IMG/VR virus record: IMGVR_UViG_3300022752_000015
Span: 62,001-126,000 of that record
Direction: 5' to 3' (one strand)
DNA length: 64,000 bases
Numbering within the stretch: position 1 is the first letter of the stretch; every line of letters begins with the position of its first letter. Positions 1 through 7,428 of this stretch are shown piece by piece. The notes beneath the pieces were generated by a model. That model had not been told where the DNA came from and did no database searches. It saw only the letters and a program-made list of their open reading frames with translations. Both the position numbers and the translations under genes were made by a program.

Positions 1-969
1 GTTCCAATGCTTCACATACGTGTCTAAAGCAATTTCATCCGTAAATCTGGGAGAAGATTGATGAGGTAACATTCCTGACAAGGGAACAGAAATAAATTCC
101 GCTATACCTTCATTGAGATCATCATCTTTAACCAACTTCGTAATTTTCATAGAAAAAACATCATGAGCTTTTGTGATGTATTCATTAGGTAATGAAGCTG
201 TTTCTAACAAGCTTTCTACCTGATCATTCTGCTCATCTGATTCTTGAACGTCATATTTAAACGATTCATTAAGCTCTAATTTGTCTCTGCGTTCTTCTTC
301 GTTGTCAGCCATTATCTCTACAACTTTTTTCATGAGCTTATAAGAGTCTATGTTGTAGCGATTGACGGATCTAGCGGCTGAACAATATTGATTTACCGCT
401 GCAGAAACCCACCCCGTGTCCAGGGTTCTACCATAGTCTTGTATCAATTTACGGGCTTTTGAATCATACCATGCGTCGCTAAGGAAAGATTCTCCTTCAG
501 GACTTGACGCAGCAGACTTAAGAGCAGGCTTACTCTCAGTAAGACGCTTTCGTTTTAAGATATCACGTAGGGTGTCATCTGTCGGATATTTTTTGATCGT
601 CTCTTCAATTAACTTGACGGGAGAGTTTTGCGCGGCGGCGGCTCGAACAAAAGGAACCTTATCATTAATAAATTTGCATGCTAGATGTTCTGGCAACAAT
701 CTAACAGCCAATCTCCTGATTTCTGGATTCTTGTGATGAGCTACTTTGAGAGCTGCGTTTGCAGAGAACTTTATGTAGTTTCTTCTACCAGTTCTTTCTA
801 GCACATCCAAACGATCGTTGGCTTGTTCAGACAAAGCCACCACGTCATTTGCAACAATCACAGTCGGTCCAAAGACTCTTTTTATCTCTGAACAAAATTC
901 TGCCACTGCTTTTTTCTCTTGTACCGTTTCTTCTACGATACGTTGTAAGTCAGTTATCTTCAAACGCAT
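1..969 (-). CDS. Hypothetical protein (runs off the window edge) with HEAT-like repeats and an N-terminal LxRIVEE motif
   Basis: Manual translation from ATG 969 (MRLKITDLQRIVEETVQE...) is open for 323 codons to position 1. It contains HKNPEIRRLAVRLLP and DKVPFVRAAAAQ. Absent from the track because no stop lies inside the window. Confidence 0.8.
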   Translation of the reverse strand, partial: MRLKITDLQRIVEETVQEKKAVAEFCSEIKRVFGPTVIVANDVVALSEQANDRLDVLERTGRRNYIKFSANAALKVAHHKNPEIRRLAVRLLPEHLACKFINDKVPFVRAAAAQNSPVKLIEETIKKYPTDDTLRDILKRKRLTESKPALKSAASSPEGESFLSDAWYDSKARKLIQDYGRTLDTGWVSAAVNQYCSAARSVNRYNIDSYKLMKKVVEIMADNEEERRDKLELNESFKYDVQESDEQNDQVESLLETASLPNEYITKAHDVFSMKITKLVKDDDLNEGIAEFISVPLSGMLPHQSSPRFTDEIALDTYVKHWN

Positions 970-988
970 GAATGCAAAACTCCTGTCA

Positions 989-995
989 TAACTAT
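989..995 (-). promoter_or_regulatory. ATAGTTA candidate promoter motif
   Basis: Recurrent ATA[ACG]TTA motif about 20 nt upstream of ATG 969. Confidence 0.4.
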
Positions 996-1043
996 TATCC
1001 AACAGAAGATATTACATCATTGTTGAAAATAGAATATAAAGAT

Positions 1044-1574
1044 TTATGTGCCGACGAACAAAAACCAGTCATCATGCCATGAAGTAGACTTAGAAAGATC
1101 CCAATAATGAAGCGCGTTTGGTTCAACGGGAACTTTCAATAATTTCATGCCAGCTTCTTCAGGCGTCTTATTCCCTTTATTGTTGTTACAGTAACGACAT
1201 GCTGCAACGCAATTTTTCCACGTAGTAGCGCCACCTCGAGACGCAGGGTAGATGTGATCTACCGTTATGCCAGAATAGTTGAGCTCAATGCCGCAGTATT
1301 GACATTTCCAAGCATCACGATTGAATAAAACTTTCTTTTGAAATCTAGGTGGCTTAATATACTGCCTCTTATTCACGTAATACTTTAATCTTAAAACTGC
1401 AGGCAGTTGAATTCCTCGAGTCGGAGAGTTAACAATCTCATCCCAAAAGCAAGGCTCTCCTGTCATACCAGAAGCAACTTCAGCTCTACCTTTTAACATC
1501 AACTTAATAGCCCTAGAACCATCGATGAATTGTAAAGGTTCTCCATTAAAGTTTAAGAGAAGCGCTCTTTTCAT
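1044..1574 (-). CDS. HNH endonuclease (McrA-like)
   Basis: RDAWKCQYCG...TVDHIYPASRGG...NCVAACRYCNNNKG. Start set at MKRALL (1574) after a GGAG-like site, which avoids overlap with the upstream gene. Confidence 0.9.
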   Translation of the reverse strand: MKRALLLNFNGEPLQFIDGSRAIKLMLKGRAEVASGMTGEPCFWDEIVNSPTRGIQLPAVLRLKYYVNKRQYIKPPRFQKKVLFNRDAWKCQYCGIELNYSGITVDHIYPASRGGATTWKNCVAACRYCNNNKGNKTPEEAGMKLLKVPVEPNALHYWDLSKSTSWHDDWFLFVGT

Positions 1575-1593
1575 GGAGGAAACTCCTTTAACT

Positions 1594-2427
1594 TTAAATA
1601 TCGATGATCCCTGCAATTTGTGGTGAACCATATTGAGAATTTCCGACGCGAACGTTCAAGTTGTTGAGCAAATACTCATCATAATGACTGTGAGAGTGTC
1701 CCGATAAAATCGTGAACTTAACACGTGGATAAGCTCTTGCTGCAGATAGTAACGTATCACCTAAGGTTTTAGATGTATACCACGGCAAAATTGAAGCAGA
1801 ATTTGTTGGTCCGTACTTCGTACTATTGTAGGATTCTTTAAAAGGAGGAACGTGCGAGACAACGATGACGTGTTCATTTTTGTCACGAATGGCAGCCTTT
1901 ATTCCATTTGCTATATGGTTTACAGACGCGCTGCATATCGCTCTTGAAATTTTTATTATCACATCTTTGTTTATCGATTTACCTCCCAACGAAGGAAGGA
2001 TTGCAGGAGAAAAATCTGCAATCCGTATCCAGTCATTCATGATAACATCACTGTCTCTGAAGTTACCATTCATCGCGTCATACCATCCATCATGACCGAC
2101 TAAAGCGACGTGAGGAGTCAATCTAACGTAAGGCGTCATGGCCAAGTATCTGGCGAATGACATTGATCGACATGCATCAGCCACACTCTTTCTAACCGAA
2201 AGAATATCTGAAAAATAGTAATCGTGATTACCAAGCACGAAATAAAAAGGTTTTTGTATGATGCTTTCTATGACTCTAAGGTGTTGTAACAAGTGAGGTG
2301 CTATAGTGATATCACCAGACAATATGAAAGACTCACATTCAGCACCTCGAACAGCAAGATCTTGCACCTTTGAAACAACATCATCAACGCAATCTAAATG
2401 TATATCAGTCGCCCATGCCAATCTCAT
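1594..2427 (-). CDS. Calcineurin-like metallophosphoesterase
   Basis: Motifs DIH, GD, GNHD, H, GHSH in the canonical order. Confidence 0.9.
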   Translation of the reverse strand: MRLAWATDIHLDCVDDVVSKVQDLAVRGAECESFILSGDITIAPHLLQHLRVIESIIQKPFYFVLGNHDYYFSDILSVRKSVADACRSMSFARYLAMTPYVRLTPHVALVGHDGWYDAMNGNFRDSDVIMNDWIRIADFSPAILPSLGGKSINKDVIIKISRAICSASVNHIANGIKAAIRDKNEHVIVVSHVPPFKESYNSTKYGPTNSASILPWYTSKTLGDTLLSAARAYPRVKFTILSGHSHSHYDEYLLNNLNVRVGNSQYGSPQIAGIIDI

Positions 2428-2453
2428 AATTTAATTCTTTTATTAAGACGATG

Positions 2454-2702
2454 TTATTCTGATTGATTCAATCTCAATTGTAGTTGATTAATGATGTCAA
2501 AAGATTCATTAAGTTCTTTGTTTGCTGTCGTGAGCCTATTAAGAAACTTTTTCTTTTTATCATCAGACCAATTTTTAGAAGATTTTCTAGACATCACAGA
2601 CTCATATCTAGCAATCTTGTCCTGGGTGTTCAAATAGATCTTAGAATATTCTTTAAGTAAAGATTCCCAATATTCTTTTTGCGAGTTAAACTGTTTTTTC
2701 AT
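2454..2702 (-). CDS. Hypothetical coiled-coil protein
   Basis: 82-aa ORF; 4-nt overlap with the methyltransferase stop. Confidence 0.65.
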   Translation of the reverse strand: MKKQFNSQKEYWESLLKEYSKIYLNTQDKIARYESVMSRKSSKNWSDDKKKKFLNRLTTANKELNESFDIINQLQLRLNQSE

Positions 2703-3466
2703 TGTAACCTCTCTATCATCTTACCGAAGATCTCTTCATCTTTTTCGATAACAATAAATTTTCTACCAAGTTTGCGAGCGGCAAATGCAGTAGCACCACT
2801 ACCCGCGAATGGGTCAATGACGACATCTCCTGGATCTGTATGGACCTCTATAGGAATCTCTACCACACGAGCAGCTTTTTGAGTTGGGTGAAGTTTTCCC
2901 TTAAAAATCTCGTTAATGTCCATCCAAACGTTGGTTCGACGAAAGAACTCACTCTTGGCTGGATACTTTTCATTATATCCAGCGTATCCGCGCTTCGTTT
3001 CGAGGAGGGGAATATTAAACTTCAGGGGTTTCTTTGGATTTCCCTTGATGAAGTAGGCGAGTTCTTCACGCGTAAAGAGATAGTTGTTTTGGACTCCATA
3101 TGCCCGCTTCTTTGACCAGGTAATGAGATTGGCCATCTTAAAGTTATCGTCTTCAACTCGCGTGAGATACTTGATGAAAGGACGGAAATCAGGAAGTCCA
3201 ATACCTCCCCAGACATAGAATGCTCCTCCTTGAAGTAAGACCTCCGACCACAATCGTGTCCATTGGATCATGTGGTCGGCGTATTGGTCGTCAGTCATTT
3301 TTACTCGATCCCATTCCTGCATGACTATGTTGCCATACGGAGGATCTGTTGCGATCAGAGGTACGCCTCCTGTTTCACCTAGCCACGTTTTGACTTCTTC
3401 AATTGTATCTCTTGAAGAAGAATCGCCATTAATAGCAAGTCCATCTTTAAACTCAACTTTCTTCAT
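2699..3466 (-). CDS. Orphan DNA N6-adenine/N4-cytosine methyltransferase (beta class)
   Basis: Catalytic DPPY precedes HPTQK and the SAM-binding DPFAGSG. Confidence 0.92.
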   Translation of the reverse strand: MKKVEFKDGLAINGDSSSRDTIEEVKTWLGETGGVPLIATDPPYGNIVMQEWDRVKMTDDQYADHMIQWTRLWSEVLLQGGAFYVWGGIGLPDFRPFIKYLTRVEDDNFKMANLITWSKKRAYGVQNNYLFTREELAYFIKGNPKKPLKFNIPLLETKRGYAGYNEKYPAKSEFFRRTNVWMDINEIFKGKLHPTQKAARVVEIPIEVHTDPGDVVIDPFAGSGATAFAARKLGRKFIVIEKDEEIFGKMIERLQ

Positions 3467-3888
3467 GTTGTTCTCCGTGCTCTCTTCTCAAAGCATGGAT
3501 CGCAGGCAGTGTGTATCCAACCTCTGTCATCTTGCTGTTTACCTGGATTTCCACAAGTTTCACAAATTTTATATGACATCGTCTCGGCAAATGAAATGAA
3601 AGCTTCTGTGATGTCATCACCTCCGGTGACATAAAAACGAAGACCACCAAATTTTTCTTTGACCTGTTGAGCGACAACCTGCAACGTTTCAAGAACAGTT
3701 ACATCTTGAATATTCTTAGAACGCCAATCAATATGAGATTGAATCCTGTTACAAAGCGTATCAATCAGTTCAAACCAGCCATCTTCACATTCAATTCCCC
3801 ACATATCCAGGGGTTCATCGCTGTGTTCAGACGTTTTAAAAATCTTTGGATATCTTTGTCGAAGCAAACGATCTTTTTCAGGCGACAT
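3463..3888 (-). CDS. Conserved phage hypothetical protein (KEKFGGLRFY, CxxC family)
   Basis: GIECEDGWFELI...QVKEKFGGLRFY...CETCG, a motif set I recognise from phage proteins of unknown function. Confidence 0.75.
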   Translation of the reverse strand: MSPEKDRLLRQRYPKIFKTSEHSDEPLDMWGIECEDGWFELIDTLCNRIQSHIDWRSKNIQDVTVLETLQVVAQQVKEKFGGLRFYVTGGDDITEAFISFAETMSYKICETCGNPGKQQDDRGWIHTACDPCFEKRARRTT

Positions 3889-3895
3889 GCAATTG

Positions 3896-3925
3896 ATTAT
3901 ACATTACCGCCTTGAAAAATTTCAA
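3896..3925 (-). promoter_or_regulatory. Sigma70-type promoter, TTGAAA-N18-TATAAT
   Basis: Read directly. The -10 ends 7 nt before ATG 3888, implying a leaderless mRNA. Confidence 0.6.
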
Positions 3926-4003
3926 TCTTTCTTTTTTGCAGCGATGTTTCTTTACTTTTTCTAGATTGGGAAGTAATCTGTTTTCCAATCTACTTTTAAA
4001 TGA

Positions 4004-4040
4004 GTTCATGCCAAAAACTTATAGTATTTTTGGCATGAAC
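4004..4040. terminator. Perfect 14-bp inverted repeat (hairpin, possible terminator)
   Basis: GTTCATGCCAAAAA-N9-TTTTTGGCATGAAC just downstream of the 4053 gene. A second hairpin lies at 3962-3992. Confidence 0.5.
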
Positions 4041-4052
4041 AAGGAAAATAAT

Positions 4053-4586
4053 TCAGGTTCCTATGCCTAACAAAGCCGCTGCTAAAGCATTCATGACTAT
4101 TGCTTCTGCTTCTACTTTGGCTGAGGCTTCATCTTTTCCTGATTTGACTTCACTTTTGATCAGCTGCGCAACTTGCTGTTTAATCATAGGTCCTAAAGTT
4201 GCTTTCAATTCAGCTGCGGCATTTTCAGCAGCTGCACGAACACCTGCGTCTTTAATGTCTCCTATTGCTTTTGCAGCTTCTTTACCAGCCGTTGCTATTG
4301 GTGCAACAATTTTTTGAGCAGCAGCTGAAATTTCTTTCCCTGCAGCTGTGGCCTTTTGAACTACTGCATCTTTAGCAGCTCCAGCGGCAGCTCCAGCTTT
4401 TTTGCCAGTTTCAGATCCAGCTCCTTTTAATCCTGCCCAAAGGTTACCAAGAAATCCTTCAGCCATAACCTCTTCAGCCAAATACATGGCACGGGCTTCT
4501 GACATTACCTGACCAGGCTGGACTGGTGTTACTCTTTGGTACTCTTCTTTAATGATTCTTCTAAGCTGATTATGAGTTATCTTCAT
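4053..4586 (-). CDS. Ala-rich hypothetical protein with an N-terminal QLRRIIKEE motif (possible internal head protein)
   Basis: MKITHNQLRRIIKEE N-terminus; Ala/Lys-rich helical body. Confidence 0.7.
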   Translation of the reverse strand: MKITHNQLRRIIKEEYQRVTPVQPGQVMSEARAMYLAEEVMAEGFLGNLWAGLKGAGSETGKKAGAAAGAAKDAVVQKATAAGKEISAAAQKIVAPIATAGKEAAKAIGDIKDAGVRAAAENAAAELKATLGPMIKQQVAQLIKSEVKSGKDEASAKVEAEAIVMNALAAALLGIGT

Positions 4587-4636
4587 TTTCTACTGGCTCC
4601 ACTCTTCGTTATATATATCAAATTCTCGTAAAAATA

Positions 4637-4667
4637 AAAAAGGATCGAAACCAGCTCGATCCTTTTT
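4637..4667. terminator. Bidirectional intrinsic terminator
   Basis: AAAAAGGATCGA-N7-TCGATCCTTTTT, directly after the Hsp20 stop. Confidence 0.8.
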
Positions 4668-4686
4668 CGTTCTAAGTTTGCTGATT

Positions 4687-5040
4687 TTAGTGGACTTTAA
4701 TCTTTCTAGGCACAGATTCAGGCTTTTTTGGAAGATTTATTTCTAATAAGCCATCTTCTAATTTTGCTGTTATCGAAGATTCATCTACAGCAGAATTTAA
4801 AGAGTATGAATAAGAATATTCTTTGTTCGTTTTACTAGATTTAGCTTTTACTTTTAAACGTCTTCCTTCGACGGTGATGTCCAATTCAGATTGCTTCACA
4901 CCTGGCATTTCTAATTTAATGCTAGTTTCATCTACAGAATCTTGAACTTTTTTTTCTAATGGTCTCCCAAGATCTTCAAAAGTCTTAAAAACGTCTAGTA
5001 TGTCGTTTGAACGGTGTAAATCGTAATACCAAGTCAACAT
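4687..5040 (-). CDS. Small heat-shock protein (Hsp20/alpha-crystallin)
   Basis: LEMPGVKQSELDITVEG...ITAKLEDGLLEINLPK, the alpha-crystallin signature. Confidence 0.9.
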   Translation of the reverse strand: MLTWYYDLHRSNDILDVFKTFEDLGRPLEKKVQDSVDETSIKLEMPGVKQSELDITVEGRRLKVKAKSSKTNKEYSYSYSLNSAVDESSITAKLEDGLLEINLPKKPESVPRKIKVH

Positions 5041-5137
5041 ATCAATTCTCCTTGTTAAAACGGCTTATACGTTGGGCGCCGTCGTTAGGATATTGATAAA
5101 CATTAAAAAAAAACTGAAAAGGACCAAACTAAAAAAT

Positions 5138-5506
5138 TTAGTAACCTTTTTCTACTCTATTGAAGTTTATCTCTCCCTTTTTCATGTAAGCTTGATATAA
5201 CTCTTCAATAGAGACTCCGCTAAGTATGGCGATTTCAAAAAAGTAGTGAAGAGCATCACATAACTCTTCAACGTAACTATCACGATCAAAATCTCGTAGA
5301 TCTGTCGCACGATGATCCTTCGAATTTTTTAACAGAAGATTTGCTTCAAACAACTCATGCATACATTCATGAGTAATAGACTTCAATATCTTTTGTCCAC
5401 TTTTTGTCGAAGTGTCGACTGGAAAGCTTGGAAATTCTCTTTTTTCTCTGAGTAAATCCATGAATTGCTTTTGCTGTTTCCACATCTCATCAAGTTTATC
5501 TGACAT
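5138..5506 (-). CDS. All-alpha NTP pyrophosphatase (dimeric dUTPase / T4 gp56-like / MazG-like)
   Basis: E..HELFE...EELCDALHYF...Y..K...N..R...GY pattern. Confidence 0.75.
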   Translation of the reverse strand: MSDKLDEMWKQQKQFMDLLREKREFPSFPVDTSTKSGQKILKSITHECMHELFEANLLLKNSKDHRATDLRDFDRDSYVEELCDALHYFFEIAILSGVSIEELYQAYMKKGEINFNRVEKGY

Positions 5507-5586
5507 TATTCATCTCTTTCACCAGAAATATAAAACTTGAAACAAATCACGAACAAAGCTAAATTGATAGAAATCCAAAACATCAT
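5506..5586 (-). CDS. 26-aa hydrophobic small protein
   Basis: MMFWISINLALFVICFKFYISGERDE*. It fills the gap exactly: start 1 nt after the upstream TGA, and TAATG overlap with the next gene. Confidence 0.55.
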   Translation of the reverse strand: MMFWISINLALFVICFKFYISGERDE

Positions 5587-5587
5587 A

Positions 5588-5839
5588 TCATTCAAAGACT
5601 AACACACCTTGAGAATCTTTCTTGTCTTTAAGGCTTTCTGCTTCTGCCAAATACTTCTTATGCATTTCAGAGACTTGCAACTCATACTTTGGATCTAGAG
5701 TGACAGTGTCAGGATTCGACTCATCTACAACAAGACGGACTTGCCTCATCAGGTCAGCACCATCAACTCCCAGCAAAAGAGCCTCTTGAAAGATTTGAAT
5801 CATTCTCATTGCAACTGCATCAGAAATTTTATAGCTCAT
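5588..5839 (-). CDS. Hypothetical protein
   Basis: 83-aa ORF within the operon. Confidence 0.7.
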   Translation of the reverse strand: MSYKISDAVAMRMIQIFQEALLLGVDGADLMRQVRLVVDESNPDTVTLDPKYELQVSEMHKKYLAEAESLKDKKDSQGVLVFE

Positions 5840-5894
5840 GTTTTTTGTCCTTCATGGAAATTTAAATCATCTATCTTCGATAGTACAATCACTA

Positions 5895-6476
5895 TTAAAA
5901 ATTTAATTCGCTCAATTTGGTTCTAATCTCTTCTGCAATGACTTCACGAGGTTGAGTGCAGTCAATCACCTTACAAGAAGCCGGGTGCTCTTTTGACCAT
6001 TCTAGATAAATTCTTCTCACGTTCTCTTGCAACTCAGCATCAGATTCATACACATCTTCAGCAGAGTGTTTGTGGGCAGGACCCAACAATAAAAAGGTGA
6101 ACTCAGGTCTTCTTAACCTAGCATGTAATTTTTCAGTGAACTCAGATGGAACTCCTGTTGCTTTACCATAAACGACCGTAGATAGACTCCATCTATCCAT
6201 TATGATATAATCGTAATTTTTCTCCAGCTTTCTCAAGCTGAACCATTGAAAAATCTGTCTATTAAAATACTGTAACCACTGAAAACATTTTGGAAACTTT
6301 TTTGCTAGCCCATTCCTTAGCATCCAATAGATGATGTGATAAACAAAATTAGAACGAATAGGAACCTCAATCGTTAAGACCTTGTAACCTCTCCATGATA
6401 AAAAATTAGAAAGAAAATTTGTTTGAGTTGCTTTACCAACTCTATCAGGACCTTCGATTACTATTAGCTTGGACAT
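5895..6476 (-). CDS. tmk: Thymidylate kinase
   Basis: EGPDRVGKATQ P-loop and MDRW motif; start set at MSKLIVIEG. Confidence 0.88.
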   Translation of the reverse strand: MSKLIVIEGPDRVGKATQTNFLSNFLSWRGYKVLTIEVPIRSNFVYHIIYWMLRNGLAKKFPKCFQWLQYFNRQIFQWFSLRKLEKNYDYIIMDRWSLSTVVYGKATGVPSEFTEKLHARLRRPEFTFLLLGPAHKHSAEDVYESDAELQENVRRIYLEWSKEHPASCKVIDCTQPREVIAEEIRTKLSELNF

Positions 6477-6489
6477 AAGATTTAATCTT

Positions 6490-7149
6490 TCAAGAAAAAG
6501 GTTCTCTGATCTCACCGTTAACGACTAACCCAAAAGCTTCAAGAGTAGCAGGAAATGCTTTGGATGCTACGACAAGTTCCAACATCTGTTGTGCGATATT
6601 CCTTATCTCTAATTGAGCATGCTCAGAATACCGAAGCTTCAAAAAATGATAAAAGCTTCTAAAATTGAACATAACATCAGCAGTGATCTGATTACCATAA
6701 GGCAAATACAATCTTGCAGATTCTTTAGCACGCTTGCGTGACATACCTTTTCGCACAAGTCTATCAAGAGTTTCATGATATTTTTGTAAAGAATGATCCA
6801 TATGCATCACATATGCAATCGCTTCTTCATTATCCCAATCAACAGGAACATAGTACTTATCATCTTTCAATTCCTTGTACCTAGCTGATTCAGCATTGAT
6901 TGATACGCCAATTCTATGCTTGATTAAGTGTATGTGTGAAGCAACATCGCTGGTAACTAGAAAATGAATTGAAGATTTTTCAAAAACAGAATGGTGTTCA
7001 TTCTCAGCTAACATCTTCAACAAGGAAGGTATTCTATTCTTTTTTTCTTCAGTCAGATCTCTTGATGTTGATGTCCACGCGGAAAGCGCGTGGGTTTCAT
7101 CAGATCCGTAATACCCGATCAGCTCTACTTTATTATTTTGTGCAGGCAT
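6490..7149 (-). CDS. thyX: Flavin-dependent thymidylate synthase
   Basis: HHSVFE, KHRIGVSINAESARY (ThyX motif), ESARLYLP, NFRSFYHF, HAQLEIR. Confidence 0.95.
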   Translation of the reverse strand: MPAQNNKVELIGYYGSDETHALSAWTSTSRDLTEEKKNRIPSLLKMLAENEHHSVFEKSSIHFLVTSDVASHIHLIKHRIGVSINAESARYKELKDDKYYVPVDWDNEEAIAYVMHMDHSLQKYHETLDRLVRKGMSRKRAKESARLYLPYGNQITADVMFNFRSFYHFLKLRYSEHAQLEIRNIAQQMLELVVASKAFPATLEAFGLVVNGEIREPFS

Positions 7150-7156
7150 ATTTTTC

Positions 7157-7420
7157 TCAATGAGAAGATCTATTCAAAAACTCCGATAGTTTTTCGTCGA
7201 GTAACTTTTTTACTTCTTCTTCCAAGTCTTCAGATACTTTGTTAGCTAAAGCAATCATATAAGTACGATCAGCTGGTGATTTTACTTTAATGTGATTTAT
7301 CATCAATCGTTTAAGATCCTCAGAGCACTTTTCCGCCATTTGACGTAACATAAAGTCAGGAATTGTGCTAGAAAATTCTTCTTTTATTATCCTACGAAGA
7401 TCTTTGGCTTTTAATTTCAT
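7157..7420 (-). CDS. Hypothetical protein with an N-terminal DLRRIIKEE motif
   Basis: MKLKAKDLRRIIKEEF N-terminus from ATG 7420. Confidence 0.7.
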   Translation of the reverse strand: MKLKAKDLRRIIKEEFSSTIPDFMLRQMAEKCSEDLKRLMINHIKVKSPADRTYMIALANKVSEDLEEEVKKLLDEKLSEFLNRSSH

Positions 7421-7428
7421 ATTACTAC

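Noticed and set aside
3880-4011. Possible 43-aa minus-strand ORF (MNSFKSRLENRLL...)
   Set aside because: Its start is buried in a hairpin with no RBS, and it runs across a clear sigma70 promoter.
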